From: Lentisphaerota bacterium
GTDB lineage: Bacteria > Verrucomicrobiota > Kiritimatiellia > JAAZAB01
Direction of reading: 5' to 3'
Assembly (NCBI GenBank): GCA_020201415.1
Contig: JAIVGW010000228.1
Location: 1-32,103 of the forward strand
DNA: 32,103 bases
Positions 1 to 9,558 of this stretch are shown one piece after another. The translations under genes were made by a program, and so were the position numbers. Under the pieces are notes generated by a model that was given only the letters and a program-made list of their open reading frames with translations, had not been told where the DNA came from and searched no databases. Each line of letters begins with the position of its first letter. Position 1 is the first letter of the stretch.

Positions 1-362
<362 letters not shown>

Positions 363-439
363 TCAAAGGATGCCGGCCTGCGACATCAGCCACATGAAAA
401 GCGGGTTGCACCGTATGAACAAGCTCTGAGAGGTAAAGC

Positions 440-1411
440 ATGTCAGCCCAAACCAATAAAATCGTTTTTGATCCTCCGACCGACTTTAAATTCATTCCCG
501 GCGACTATGTTCCTTTCAAGGACCGCGAAGTTTGCGAGCGCCTGCGTAAAATCAGCGGCAAGGCACTCGAGAAGCATCCCAACCCGGACTTCAAGATCAA
601 GGTGATGCAGAACCCCCACCCCGTCCTGATCGGCACGTTGTTCACCCGCATCAAGGAATCCGATGAGCAGAACAAAAAGGTGACTTTGATACTCGGCAAT
701 CCCGAGCCCGAAACCTATATTCCGGTGGCCCAATTGATCAATTACCATCGGATCAATTGCCGTAACGTACACATCTTTGCCATGGACGAGTGGGCGGATG
801 AAGCCGGCAACATTGCCCCTGAAACCTACAAGGCCGGCTTTACGCACTCGATGTTGAAATATTTCGTTTTCCAGATTGACGAGGATTTGCGCATGCCCCT
901 GGAAAACGTGAATTACCCGACCAACCGGAACATCTCCAGCTATTCGAAGATGATCACCGAGTGCGGCGGCGGCGGCGCCGACCTTTGCTGTTCTTCGCCC
1001 GGTTGGACCGGGCATATTGCCTTCATCGAACCGGTCGGGGAATTCATCAAGGAAGACATAGAAGAATACCTAAAACAGGAGGCGCGGATAGCCTCCCTGC
1101 ATCCCTTGACCGTGGCGCAGAATTCGCTGCACGGGGTATTCGGCCAATCGGGATATATTGCCGACGTGCCGCCGAAGACCGCAACCATCGGGCCGGTGGA
1201 CGTCCGCAACGCCCGCGAACGCATTGAGGTTCATGCCCTGCTGACCAATAGCACCTTTTCCTCCTGGCAGCGCATGACGTCGCGTCTGGTGCTGCACGGA
1301 CCGGTAACTCCGCTGGTGCCGAGTTCCATTTTGCAACTCATGAAGACCCAGGTATACGTCAGCGAGGAAGTGGCGGCGCCCTTTGAATGCTGGGAACAGG
1401 TGGGATACTGA
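440..1411 (+). CDS. Glucosamine-6-phosphate deaminase / 6-phosphogluconolactonase superfamily protein (NagB-like, long form)
   Basis: 323-aa ORF with GAGAGG 7 nt upstream of the ATG. IFAMDEW and GWTGHIAFIEP resemble the NagB/Pgl family motifs (DE-Y/R and G-x-D-G-H-x-A-F-N-E-P). It is longer than canonical NagB, so the substrate is not assigned. It is divergent from the GH1 gene. Confidence 0.7.
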   Translation: MSAQTNKIVFDPPTDFKFIPGDYVPFKDREVCERLRKISGKALEKHPNPDFKIKVMQNPHPVLIGTLFTRIKESDEQNKKVTLILGNPEPETYIPVAQLINYHRINCRNVHIFAMDEWADEAGNIAPETYKAGFTHSMLKYFVFQIDEDLRMPLENVNYPTNRNISSYSKMITECGGGGADLCCSSPGWTGHIAFIEPVGEFIKEDIEEYLKQEARIASLHPLTVAQNSLHGVFGQSGYIADVPPKTATIGPVDVRNARERIEVHALLTNSTFSSWQRMTSRLVLHGPVTPLVPSSILQLMKTQVYVSEEVAAPFECWEQVGY

Positions 1412-1457
1412 GCCGGCGCCTGTTGCATCAAACATGCCTTCAGGATTAAAGACAGGA

Positions 1458-2813
1458 TTAGCCTGGCGGATCTAGCCGAAAAAACCTGAGCAACGGCAAC
1501 AGCACCGCCGTGGTCACTCCGGCATTGTTGTCGCGGCCATGTCCGCGCGCCACGGCGCTGACCGTCCCGGCCGCGCAACCGTGCTCCCGGCCGTCAGGCA
1601 GACAAGTCATGGCCAGTCTGAAATAAGCCCGCCCCAGATCCAACGCGCGGGCAGCCAGATCAAGATCACCGGTAATTTCCGCGGCCAGAGCCGCCAGTAT
1701 GGGATTAAGACGGCGCGGTTGCCCATCCTCCAGCCATTGCGGCATATCCGCGCGTTTGCCGATCCCCGGCGGACGCCCACGCCGCCGGATCGTGGCATCC
1801 ATGGACAAAGCGCTGATATTGGCGGGCGATAGCTGCCCCAGCGCCTGCATCACGGCTGCATCGTAATCCCGCTTGCCGGTCACCCGACGGTAATCACCAA
1901 TGGCGGCGGCAGCGGGGCCGGCATCGGGATCCGTGAGCGCCCCGGTCAATATATTAAGCAGACGTTCAACCGCCCTTAAGAAAACGACATCACCGGTATG
2001 CCGCCACAAACCCAGGAAAAACTGGATGCCACCGGACGCCAGAATGTTTTCAGCGCGATCCAAATCGTCGTTCAACAGCCCGGCCATCCCGGCAAAAGAA
2101 CGGTAAACCTGCTCCGCCGGACCATGCAGATCATACAAAGGACCGGCAGGGGTGAGACCGATGGGCAAACGGTTGTCATCGGCCACAATGGCCTCCGCCC
2201 AACACCTGCCGTAATCAGCCGCCAACTCCAGATATTTCCGCTCCGGACTCTGCGAGAAGGCCAGCAGCAGGAGATTGCCGCAACGCAGGTGATCGGGCAT
2301 GTTCAGACCCAGCCCGCCGTCAGCGCGCACGCCGTCAGCGCCGAAATACAGGGCATAATACAAACCCTCAGCATAGTCGAACCACGGCGGGACCGCGGCC
2401 GACCAATTGCCCAAATGCTCCGAGGCATCGAGTAATTGCCGGCGGGTGGCGGCATTGTCGGGCATGACACGCGCCATGAACCCCAGGAACAGCTCAAAAT
2501 GTTCCGTGCCGTGATGAGCTTCCTGCATGCGCCAATAGCCATGACGCCAGAGATCCTTGCGTGTGAAATGTTCCGCCACCGCATCGCGGGCATCCTCAAG
2601 AAAACGCAGGGCCTTTCCATCCGCTGTCCGGCACAGGAAAGGCTCCCAGGCGGTGGTGTAAGTCAGTTGATCATGCCCGTCGGAGGGCGGCACGGCGCTA
2701 TATTTTTCCATACAGTCAAAAATCCAACCGCGCAAGTCGTCCAGAAAACGCGCACAAGCCTCAGTCGCATTCTGCGATGGTTCAATTTCAATGGCAGGCA
2801 ATCTTTCCGTCAT
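1458..2813 (-). CDS. Hypothetical protein (helix-rich, possibly alpha/alpha-toroid glycan-active fold); last gene of the ABC operon
   Basis: Long ORF whose track start at 2846 is a TTG. I prefer the ATG at 2813 (MTERLPAIEIE...), preceded by GGGGGAAAGG. Same strand as the upstream genes and close to them. I recognise no diagnostic motif. Confidence 0.6.
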   Translation of the reverse strand: MTERLPAIEIEPSQNATEACARFLDDLRGWIFDCMEKYSAVPPSDGHDQLTYTTAWEPFLCRTADGKALRFLEDARDAVAEHFTRKDLWRHGYWRMQEAHHGTEHFELFLGFMARVMPDNAATRRQLLDASEHLGNWSAAVPPWFDYAEGLYYALYFGADGVRADGGLGLNMPDHLRCGNLLLLAFSQSPERKYLELAADYGRCWAEAIVADDNRLPIGLTPAGPLYDLHGPAEQVYRSFAGMAGLLNDDLDRAENILASGGIQFFLGLWRHTGDVVFLRAVERLLNILTGALTDPDAGPAAAAIGDYRRVTGKRDYDAAVMQALGQLSPANISALSMDATIRRRGRPPGIGKRADMPQWLEDGQPRRLNPILAALAAEITGDLDLAARALDLGRAYFRLAMTCLPDGREHGCAAGTVSAVARGHGRDNNAGVTTAVLLPLLRFFRLDPPG

Positions 2814-2836
2814 CAACAACCTTTCCCCCGGCAACC

Positions 2837-3010
2837 CGGCACTCAATGATCGTTCTGAATAAACGGGACATGACTTTGCAATGGGCCATGCAATTCATCG
2901 GGCAATTCCGTCAGGGCACGCAGCCGGGCCTGCTCGCGGAGGTCGGCCTGCGGCGGTAGATTTTCCGGGTCATCTTCGGACCGGTCACGCATGTATTCCC
3001 GATAGATCAT
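2837..3010 (-). CDS. Small hypothetical ORF (57 aa), translationally coupled
   Basis: Translated by hand as MIYREYMRDRSEDDPENLPPQADLREQARLRALTELPDELHGPLQSHVPFIQNDH*. Its ATG (3010..3008) overlaps the TGA (3009..3007) of the upstream gene in an ATGA junction, like the other junctions in this operon. It fills the otherwise empty 160-nt gap. At 57 aa it falls below the ORF-track length cut-off. Confidence 0.35.
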
Positions 3011-4008
3011 GTCCGCCATGCGGGCGGTTCCAGACGGTTAAAACTGTAAAGAATCACCACTGCTTCGGCCAGAAAACTGGCATAGGCAAAATGAAACACT
3101 GGATGATCGAAGACGGCCAGTGCCTCTTCATGAGCGCGCAGGGCTGGTTCCAGCAGTTCCGGGGCGGGTGTAACCAGGTAGAGTCCGGTCGCGCGATTGA
3201 AATGCAGCCGACCGCCGCGGAAAGATGCAGCCATGCACTGTACAAACATCTGGTGGCAATCACGCACCCCCTCCAGATCAGATGGAAAAGCACGCCCCTG
3301 ATAGGACCAATACAAGGCATGCGTAGCCGGTAACCGCCAATCGAAGGGGCCGTATTCCCGATCCAGCTCCTCCATGATCCGCGGTTGCAGATGATGCTTT
3401 TCCACCAATTCGGCAAGCTCCGGCTGCTCGCGCAGCAAATTGTAGTCGGGGCCAGCCCCGGCAAACAAGTCATGCATCTCCTCCGCCAGACGCGCCTTGT
3501 AATATTGATGGGCGGAATCCATCACAAAGCCGATCTTATGCTGGTAGATCCAGCCCAATTCACGCAGCAGCACCGGGTGGTCCGGGTTATAAACCAGGGC
3601 GCGGTCGCGCAGCAGGCTGATGCCGTGCCGCACCCAGCGCCAGCGATCTTCAGGCTCGGAAAACATCACACTGATGTTGTAGGAAAGATTCCAGGCATGA
3701 AAGGCCCAAACCCTTGCAAAGTGCGGCTCCAACGCGGTAATCCACCTGCTTAGCTGCACAATTTCCAATGGCGCGCCGGTTTGCTGCAGGTGGATCAGAC
3801 GCATCCAGAGCATATCGGCAATAATGCCGCGAAATCCACCCAAAGCCACCGTGGTAAAAAGCATCGATGGCGGCATGTCGGCGGGAGGCGGCACGAATTC
3901 ACGAACCGGCGCGCGCGGTTGCGAGAGGCGTTCGCGCCAGACCCCGGCGGCGCCCAGCAGCACAATACCCGCCAGCAGCCAGCACATGATGATTCCACGA
4001 TGTTTCAT
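3007..4008 (-). CDS. Conserved membrane-anchored hypothetical protein (ABC-operon partner)
   Basis: I prefer the start MKHRGIIMCWLLAGIVLLGAAG at 4008, because it forms an ATGA overlap with the stop of the upstream permease. One N-terminal TM helix is followed by a helical domain containing WNLSYNISV...PEDRWRWV...LGWIYQHKIG. I recall this block from uncharacterised PVC/planctomycete proteins (memory only). Confidence 0.7.
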   Translation of the reverse strand: MKHRGIIMCWLLAGIVLLGAAGVWRERLSQPRAPVREFVPPPADMPPSMLFTTVALGGFRGIIADMLWMRLIHLQQTGAPLEIVQLSRWITALEPHFARVWAFHAWNLSYNISVMFSEPEDRWRWVRHGISLLRDRALVYNPDHPVLLRELGWIYQHKIGFVMDSAHQYYKARLAEEMHDLFAGAGPDYNLLREQPELAELVEKHHLQPRIMEELDREYGPFDWRLPATHALYWSYQGRAFPSDLEGVRDCHQMFVQCMAASFRGGRLHFNRATGLYLVTPAPELLEPALRAHEEALAVFDHPVFHFAYASFLAEAVVILYSFNRLEPPAWRT

Positions 4009-5297
4009 GAATCCACGGCTCCCAATTGTCGCCGCGCCAGCACCCAGGCGCCCAGTCCCAGCAATGCGGCCGCATACAAGCCGCACACCACCACAGCTTC
4101 GCCCGCCACGGGCCAGGCAATCATCTGTCCGGCCGTAACCGATCCGCGCGGATCAAACCGCGCCAACTTCGGCAGCAGCAGACTGACCAATCCGCTGGCC
4201 GACATCACCAGGTAATCCAGCAGGCGGGCCGTCCAGTCATCACGATTATCACCGAACAACCAGACCGTCCAGAGACTGGCGTCAGCCCGCAGGCGATTAA
4301 GCAGTTCCATGACAGGCGCCGCGGCCGCCGCGAACAGCGCCACGGGAAAGGAAAAAGCCGCGCCGGCGGCAATGCCCAGGGCGGCCAGAAACAACAGCCG
4401 CGCCATAATCATCACCCCTGCCCGCAAAAGATTACCGGCGAAACCACCGGCCGGAACCGACAACTCCACGCCGCCGGCGCGCGGAAACAACAGGCTGACG
4501 CCGTGGTCCAGCGAATTGTGCTGATAAGTCATCACGAGTTCAGCCCCCGGGCTGGCCCAACCCGCCGGCAATTCATGCCGGGAACTCCGGCCGGAACGCG
4601 CCGTGCTGGCAAACCGCAGCTCCTCCCGGCCACCATCCTGGGCAAACAGCCACAATCCTTCAAACTCCGCGGCCGGGTCGGCAACCGACGCCAGAAACTC
4701 AAAATACAGCAGCGTCGGCTCGTCGGCCCGCAGACTGGTTGGCAGCGTCACCTTCCAGCTCCCTGTGGCGCCAGGCGCGACAGTCACACCCTGAGAAACA
4801 TCCTCCGGGGTCCCCCCCGGCGCCGGCAGAGGCGCAGGCTGCAGGGAATGGTTCACGGTAAAGAACTCGCGCTGCAACAACCGGCGTGATTCGCTGCCCA
4901 CCACCCGGCCGGCATGATAATGCAGCCCCACCCAGAGAAAAATCATACCCAGCAGCAAGGCGCAACCCAAGACTGAGACCAAGCCCAGCCATTTCCCCAA
5001 TAAAACCTGCAATGTCGCCACCGGCTTGATTCTCAACAAGATCAGGTTGCGGTCAGCCACCTCCAGCGATATGGCGGCGGCGCCCATGGTTAAAGCCGCC
5101 ATGGACAACAGGCCGCTGCTCCAACCCAGGGAATATTGCCACCACAAACGCAGTTCGCCAACAGGCGTGCCATCGCCCTGCAGCACCCAGGCCAGAATAA
5201 GCGGCATACCCAGCAGCAACACCAGCAGCAACCATATCACCCTTGTGCGCCACAGCCCAAGACAGGTCAGCCATGCCAACGCCAAAACCCGCCTCAT
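4005..5297 (-). CDS. ABC-transporter-associated multi-pass membrane protein (permease-like) with a large extracytoplasmic loop
   Basis: 430-aa ORF joined by ATGA overlaps to the ATPase upstream (5294-5297) and the next gene downstream (4005-4008). It has hydrophobic helices at both ends and a soluble insert of roughly 150-200 aa in the middle. Confidence 0.7.
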   Translation of the reverse strand: MRRVLALAWLTCLGLWRTRVIWLLLVLLLGMPLILAWVLQGDGTPVGELRLWWQYSLGWSSGLLSMAALTMGAAAISLEVADRNLILLRIKPVATLQVLLGKWLGLVSVLGCALLLGMIFLWVGLHYHAGRVVGSESRRLLQREFFTVNHSLQPAPLPAPGGTPEDVSQGVTVAPGATGSWKVTLPTSLRADEPTLLYFEFLASVADPAAEFEGLWLFAQDGGREELRFASTARSGRSSRHELPAGWASPGAELVMTYQHNSLDHGVSLLFPRAGGVELSVPAGGFAGNLLRAGVMIMARLLFLAALGIAAGAAFSFPVALFAAAAAPVMELLNRLRADASLWTVWLFGDNRDDWTARLLDYLVMSASGLVSLLLPKLARFDPRGSVTAGQMIAWPVAGEAVVVCGLYAAALLGLGAWVLARRQLGAVDS

Positions 5298-6346
5298 GGT
5301 TCCTCCGCATCCACCATGCGGCGCAGGTGTTTAGGGTCGTCCGCTTGCGGACGCGCATCGGGATCATGCGCGGCCTGCTCCAGGCGTCCGGCCAGAGGCT
5401 GCAGATACTCAGCCAGACCGGTCGCAAGCGAGACTCCGGTGGGCGCCGACGCCTGTGAGGCATCCTGCTCCAATTGTTTCAGGAAAAACTGCTCAAGTGT
5501 GCAACAAGGACGGTCAATCAGCGGCGGCGCGCCAACGGCCTGCTGCACGGCCTGCGCGGCCCGCTCCAGAACGCCGGCATCCGGCGCCGGAAAGGTCAGC
5601 CGCCCCTGAGTCCGGTCTTCCAGAAGTTCATGCACAGGCCCCTGCACCGCCATGCGGCCATGATGCATGATCCCGACACGGTGGCAGACATCCTCTACAT
5701 CCGCCAGCAGATGAGACGACAACACAATGGTCTTGCCGCGGGCGCTTAGCATACGGATCAGATCCTTCACCTGGCGGCACCCCACCGGATCAAGCCCGGA
5801 AGTCGGTTCATCCAACACCACCAGCTCGGGATCATTGATTAAAGCCTGGGCCAGACCGATGCGGCGCGCCATGCCCTTGGAGAAGCCCCCCAGCGTACGG
5901 TTGCGGGCATGCTGCAACCCGATCATATCCAGCAACTGCCCAATGCGCCGCTGCAATTCATCAGACCTCAAATTGAACAGGCGGCCGTAAAACCCAAGCA
6001 CCTCCTCAGGCGTGAAATGCTGATATACATAATTATCTTCCGGCAGGTAACCCAGGCGCGCCCGGGCCGCGCGCGCGGTGGGCGACAGTCCGAACACCCG
6101 GATCGCGCCCTGGTCCGGGCGCAACAGGCCCAGCAACAGTTTCAGGGTGGTGCTCTTGCCGGAACCGTTGGGGCCCAGCAAGCCGAAAATCTCACCAGGG
6201 CGGATTTCCAAGGTGACATCGACCACGGCCCTTACGGTCGGCCGCCCCCAGAAATCACGGAAGGCCCGGCTGACGGCGCGCAGTTCCGCCACAGGGCTCG
6301 GCCGATCTGCGTTGGATAATGGTTCCGTCATACGGGATACAATCAC
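5294..6346 (-). CDS. ABC transporter ATP-binding protein
   Basis: Walker A GPNGSGKST, signature-like FSKGMARR, Walker B VVLDEPTSGLD and H-loop SSHLL are all present, followed by a C-terminal extension of about 100 aa. The track start at 6346 is GTG. An alternative ATG at 6331 gives MTEPL. Confidence 0.9.
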   Translation of the reverse strand: MIVSRMTEPLSNADRPSPVAELRAVSRAFRDFWGRPTVRAVVDVTLEIRPGEIFGLLGPNGSGKSTTLKLLLGLLRPDQGAIRVFGLSPTARAARARLGYLPEDNYVYQHFTPEEVLGFYGRLFNLRSDELQRRIGQLLDMIGLQHARNRTLGGFSKGMARRIGLAQALINDPELVVLDEPTSGLDPVGCRQVKDLIRMLSARGKTIVLSSHLLADVEDVCHRVGIMHHGRMAVQGPVHELLEDRTQGRLTFPAPDAGVLERAAQAVQQAVGAPPLIDRPCCTLEQFFLKQLEQDASQASAPTGVSLATGLAEYLQPLAGRLEQAAHDPDARPQADDPKHLRRMVDAEEP

Positions 6347-6946
6347 TCACTTATCATACAAATCAGGATGAATGGACTTCAGAGGACCGCCGGACACATT
6401 GCGACTAACGTGATTGAGGTTCAAAGCCAGCGGATATTGCCTGGCAATCTGCTCAATTCGCTCCCAGTTGGTCCGGGCTTGGACCAGCGCATCGGCGTCT
6501 TCATTGCGGGTCTCCCGTAAACGGGCGATCAATTCCCGGTTTTCCGTCTGCAGCCGTAGAAAATCCAGCCCGGCCATCACAAAATCCAGCCGGGCGGCAT
6601 GCCGTTGATGATCTTCTCCCAGCTGCGTCCGTCCCTGTTGCAGCAGAGCCTGGGCCCGCGCAAACAATGCAACATCAAAGGCCTCGCGCCAGGCGGCCTT
6701 CCGCTCGTCCATCTGACGGCGGGCCTGCTCCAGAAGTTCCCAATAGGCCTTGACGTCGGCCGCCGCCGGACCAAAGCCCCGGCGGAAATAATCATCCAGC
6801 ACGGCCGTCCCATCCTGCCGCGGATTCCAGGCAAGCTGGGCCATCAGGTAGTAAAGCGGCCCCTGGGTGCTCCAGTATCCCCAGACATTATCGAGATTGA
6901 TGCCCATGCAGCCATGCGCGCCCACCAGGAGCCACGTAATTTTCAC
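6347..6946 (-). CDS. DUF4838-like protein, C-terminal fragment (out of frame with the N-terminal part)
   Basis: GCMGINLDNVWGYWSTQGPLYYLMAQLAWNPRQD...YFRRGFGPAA is the conserved C-terminal region of DUF4838-type proteins as I recall it. The frame opens only at 6946, directly after a stop, and has no plausible independent start context. Confidence 0.55.
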   Translation of the reverse strand: MKITWLLVGAHGCMGINLDNVWGYWSTQGPLYYLMAQLAWNPRQDGTAVLDDYFRRGFGPAAADVKAYWELLEQARRQMDERKAAWREAFDVALFARAQALLQQGRTQLGEDHQRHAARLDFVMAGLDFLRLQTENRELIARLRETRNEDADALVQARTNWERIEQIARQYPLALNLNHVSRNVSGGPLKSIHPDLYDK

Positions 6947-7967
6947 TCAAACCACGCCAGACAAACCGCCGCATTTCGCCCTCCGGGTGATCCCAGGCCC
7001 GGCACAAGTCGCAAACACAGTGGCCGCACATCCAACTGTCGTTAGCGGCGGCGCTAAACACGGTGCGCATGGGATGCCGCTCCAACGTTTGCGCCACATC
7101 GTCCACCCACTGCTGCCAGACCGCCGGATTGGCCTCGCATATTTTGGCATTGCCAGAAGTTGGGAAGGCGTTGCGGGTACCGTCCGGCTGCAGGGCGAAA
7201 TAGTCCGGATGATCCTTGTGATAACGCGCCCACCAGTCGCTGAAACCATGGCCCTGCACCGGCGCATAGAGCGAATCCAACTGCAGGCGCTGGCGGCAGG
7301 CCCAGCTGGCTGAATCCGTGCCCTGGCGTCCGGCGGGCCGGTAGCGGGCCGTGCTGCTGATAATTGTCTGCCGCTGACGGATCTGCGGATGGTAACGATA
7401 AGTGAACGGTTCGAAAGCTATCGTCGCCTGCGGCAGGATATCCTCGCCCAGACTGCCCGGCCACAACCAACGCACATCCAGATAATCGTGCAGAAAAGTA
7501 TAAACGGCATTGACCGTGCCGTATTCCGATTGGAAATCAGGCACATCCTGGTTGCCGAACTGATAGTGGTCGGCCGCCACCAGCAGATGTTCCGGATCCC
7601 ACACATCACGGCCGGCCACCAGCAGGTGGCGGTCATTGGCGGCAATCAGGATTTCTTCAGGATGAGCAAACGTGAGGTCCAACCCGGGAAACAAGGCGGC
7701 CAGCACGGGTTGGCAGCCGACCCAGATGGCGCGCTCCGGCAGGGGATCCGGCAGGCTGGCGAGGATCTCCGGACGGGCGCCGCTGATTTTCGCAATATAA
7801 CCGGCCAGTTCCCCGGCCACCCGGATGGTGGCCGGCGAGGCGTTTTCCGAGACCACGATCGGCGCCCGACTTACCCCCCCCTCCACCAGCACCAGCGGCT
7901 GTCCCGCCGACCTGGCTGCCAGGCCGCTCGTAATCGCCAACACCAGGATCAACATCTTTCCCAGCAT
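6888..7967 (-). CDS. DUF4838-like exported protein, N-terminal part (signal peptide; frame ends prematurely)
   Basis: I prefer the ATG at 7967 because AGGAGG lies 6 nt upstream. MLGKMLILVLAITSGLAARSAG is a signal peptide, and the family-like CGHCVCDLC cysteine motif is present. After ...RFVWRGLSENYV the translation stops looking family-like and terminates at 6888. Confidence 0.65.
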   Translation of the reverse strand: MLGKMLILVLAITSGLAARSAGQPLVLVEGGVSRAPIVVSENASPATIRVAGELAGYIAKISGARPEILASLPDPLPERAIWVGCQPVLAALFPGLDLTFAHPEEILIAANDRHLLVAGRDVWDPEHLLVAADHYQFGNQDVPDFQSEYGTVNAVYTFLHDYLDVRWLWPGSLGEDILPQATIAFEPFTYRYHPQIRQRQTIISSTARYRPAGRQGTDSASWACRQRLQLDSLYAPVQGHGFSDWWARYHKDHPDYFALQPDGTRNAFPTSGNAKICEANPAVWQQWVDDVAQTLERHPMRTVFSAAANDSWMCGHCVCDLCRAWDHPEGEMRRFVWRGLSENYVAPGGRAWLHGHQSR

Positions 7968-8056
7968 GGACACCCTCCTCCTGCGACAATGCTACAATTG
8001 GCCGACAACAAATCGGGCAGCCAATTGATATCAGCGCGACTATGGAATAAATCAGT

Positions 8057-8085
8057 AAAATAGCAGCCGACTGCCGTGCAGTCAA
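8057..8085 (-). promoter_or_regulatory. Candidate sigma70-type promoter for the DUF4838 gene
   Basis: On the minus strand: TTGACT (8085..8080), a 17-nt spacer, then TATTTT (8062..8057), about 90 nt upstream of the start at 7967. Sequence match only. Confidence 0.35.
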
Positions 8086-8104
8086 ACCATTAACTGACCT
8101 ATGA

Positions 8105-8233
8105 CAATTATTACCAGGGCTGCGTCATTCTCGGGCAAGACGGCTCGGTCGGAGACCTCGCCCTACCATTTCATAAGCATTTACCGTGGGTAGGGCGAGC
8201 CGCCGAGAATGACGCAGCCGTGCAATTATTACC
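8105..8233. repeat. MITE-like palindromic element (~107 bp) flanked by an 11-bp direct repeat
   Basis: CAATTATTACC occurs at 8105-8115 and again at 8223-8233. Between the copies there is a perfect 17-bp inverted repeat (8118-8134 / 8203-8219, GGCTGCGTCATTCTCGG) and an inner 11-bp stem (8157-8167 / 8189-8199, CTCGCCCTACC). No credible ORF lies inside. Confidence 0.6.
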
Positions 8234-8296
8234 TTAATCCAGGTATCAGGAGACGCCGCAGATCGAGTAAGTTGGTGTCTTCGGCGCCAGGCGGTT

Positions 8297-9424
8297 TCAC
8301 AGCCATTGCTTGCGTCGGAAGACATAGAGCATGCCCAGAGCCATTAGCAGCATCAGGCTCATCACAACGGGATAAGACCAGGCCCAGTGCAGTTCCGGCA
8401 TATGCTCGAAATTCATCCCGTATACGCCGGCGATAAAAGTCAGGGGGATGAAAACCGTGGCGATCATCGTCAGCACTTTCATCACCGCGTTCATGCGGTT
8501 GGATATGCTGCTCAGATAAATATCCATCAGGCCGGACATCACGTCCCGCAGGGTTTCCACGGCGTCCAAAACCTGAACAGCGTGATCGTAAAGATCGCGG
8601 AGATAGACATGGGTTTCGGTGGTCAGCAGCTCGCTTTCCGTGCGTTGCAACGCCGCGGTCATCTCGCGCAGGGGCCACACGGCCTTACGCAGCGTCATCA
8701 ACTCGCGTTTCAAAAGATAAATCTCGTGCTGAATATGCCCTTCGGGATCGGCCAGCACCTGATTTTCCAGCAATTCCGTCTTTTCGCCCAGGTGCTCCAG
8801 CACAATGAAATAATTGTCGACCACCGCATCCAGCAACAGGTAGGCCAGATAATCTGCGCCGCAGCGGCGCACGCGCCCCTTGTCGAGCCGGATGCGCTGA
8901 CGGATATTTTCGAACACATCACCGGGCTGTTCCTGGAACGAAATAACATACCCCGCCCCGATGATCAGACTGACCTGCTCCACCACCAGGGTTTTGCGGA
9001 CCGGCTCCAACATCAGCATTTTAATCACCACATAAACGTAATCATCAAACTGCTCGACTTTCGGACGCTGACGGGTGTTGAGAATGTCCTCCTGGGTCAG
9101 CGGATGCAGGCTAAAATCTCCACCCAATTTTTCGATCACCGCCGGATCATGCAATCCCACCACGTCAATCCAGGTCACCGTATCGGTGGAACGGAAAGAC
9201 ACACATTCAGCAGGTGACACATCCGTCTGCTCGTTGAATTGCCGGGCATTATAATCCAGCAGGCGCACCTGCACGCGCGCGGTTTTCTGCTCGCCGACAT
9301 GCACCAGGCTGCCGGGGGGCAGACCGGCCTTACGGGCAGTTTGGCCGCGCACGCCATAAAGGAAAGAATTGGCGGTACGGGCAAACAGGCCGTTCATCAG
9401 GGCCAAAGGCGATTTTTGCGACAT
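8297..9424 (-). CDS. corA: Magnesium/cobalt transporter CorA
   Basis: C-terminal YGMNF (GMN motif) sits between two TM helices, and the length is typical of CorA. I prefer the start MSQKSPL at 9424, with GGAGG 6 nt upstream, over the track start at 9481. Confidence 0.9.
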   Translation of the reverse strand: MSQKSPLALMNGLFARTANSFLYGVRGQTARKAGLPPGSLVHVGEQKTARVQVRLLDYNARQFNEQTDVSPAECVSFRSTDTVTWIDVVGLHDPAVIEKLGGDFSLHPLTQEDILNTRQRPKVEQFDDYVYVVIKMLMLEPVRKTLVVEQVSLIIGAGYVISFQEQPGDVFENIRQRIRLDKGRVRRCGADYLAYLLLDAVVDNYFIVLEHLGEKTELLENQVLADPEGHIQHEIYLLKRELMTLRKAVWPLREMTAALQRTESELLTTETHVYLRDLYDHAVQVLDAVETLRDVMSGLMDIYLSSISNRMNAVMKVLTMIATVFIPLTFIAGVYGMNFEHMPELHWAWSYPVVMSLMLLMALGMLYVFRRKQWL

Positions 9425-9558
9425 GACACACCTCCCACATTGCTCCTGCCAAACGCCGACAGGCATTTCCATCATACACAAGGCAGCCGGGTAACCATCA
9501 TCTGAATACCGGCCGGCCTTAACCTACTTCCACAAACCATTGCCATCATTACGTTTGG

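Noticed and set aside
8125-8436. ORFs 8125..8325 (-) and 8209..8436 (+) in the corA / DUF4838 spacer.
   Set aside because: They are translations of the palindromic MITE-like element and its flanks, and both strands are open only because of the symmetry. Neither has a start context.
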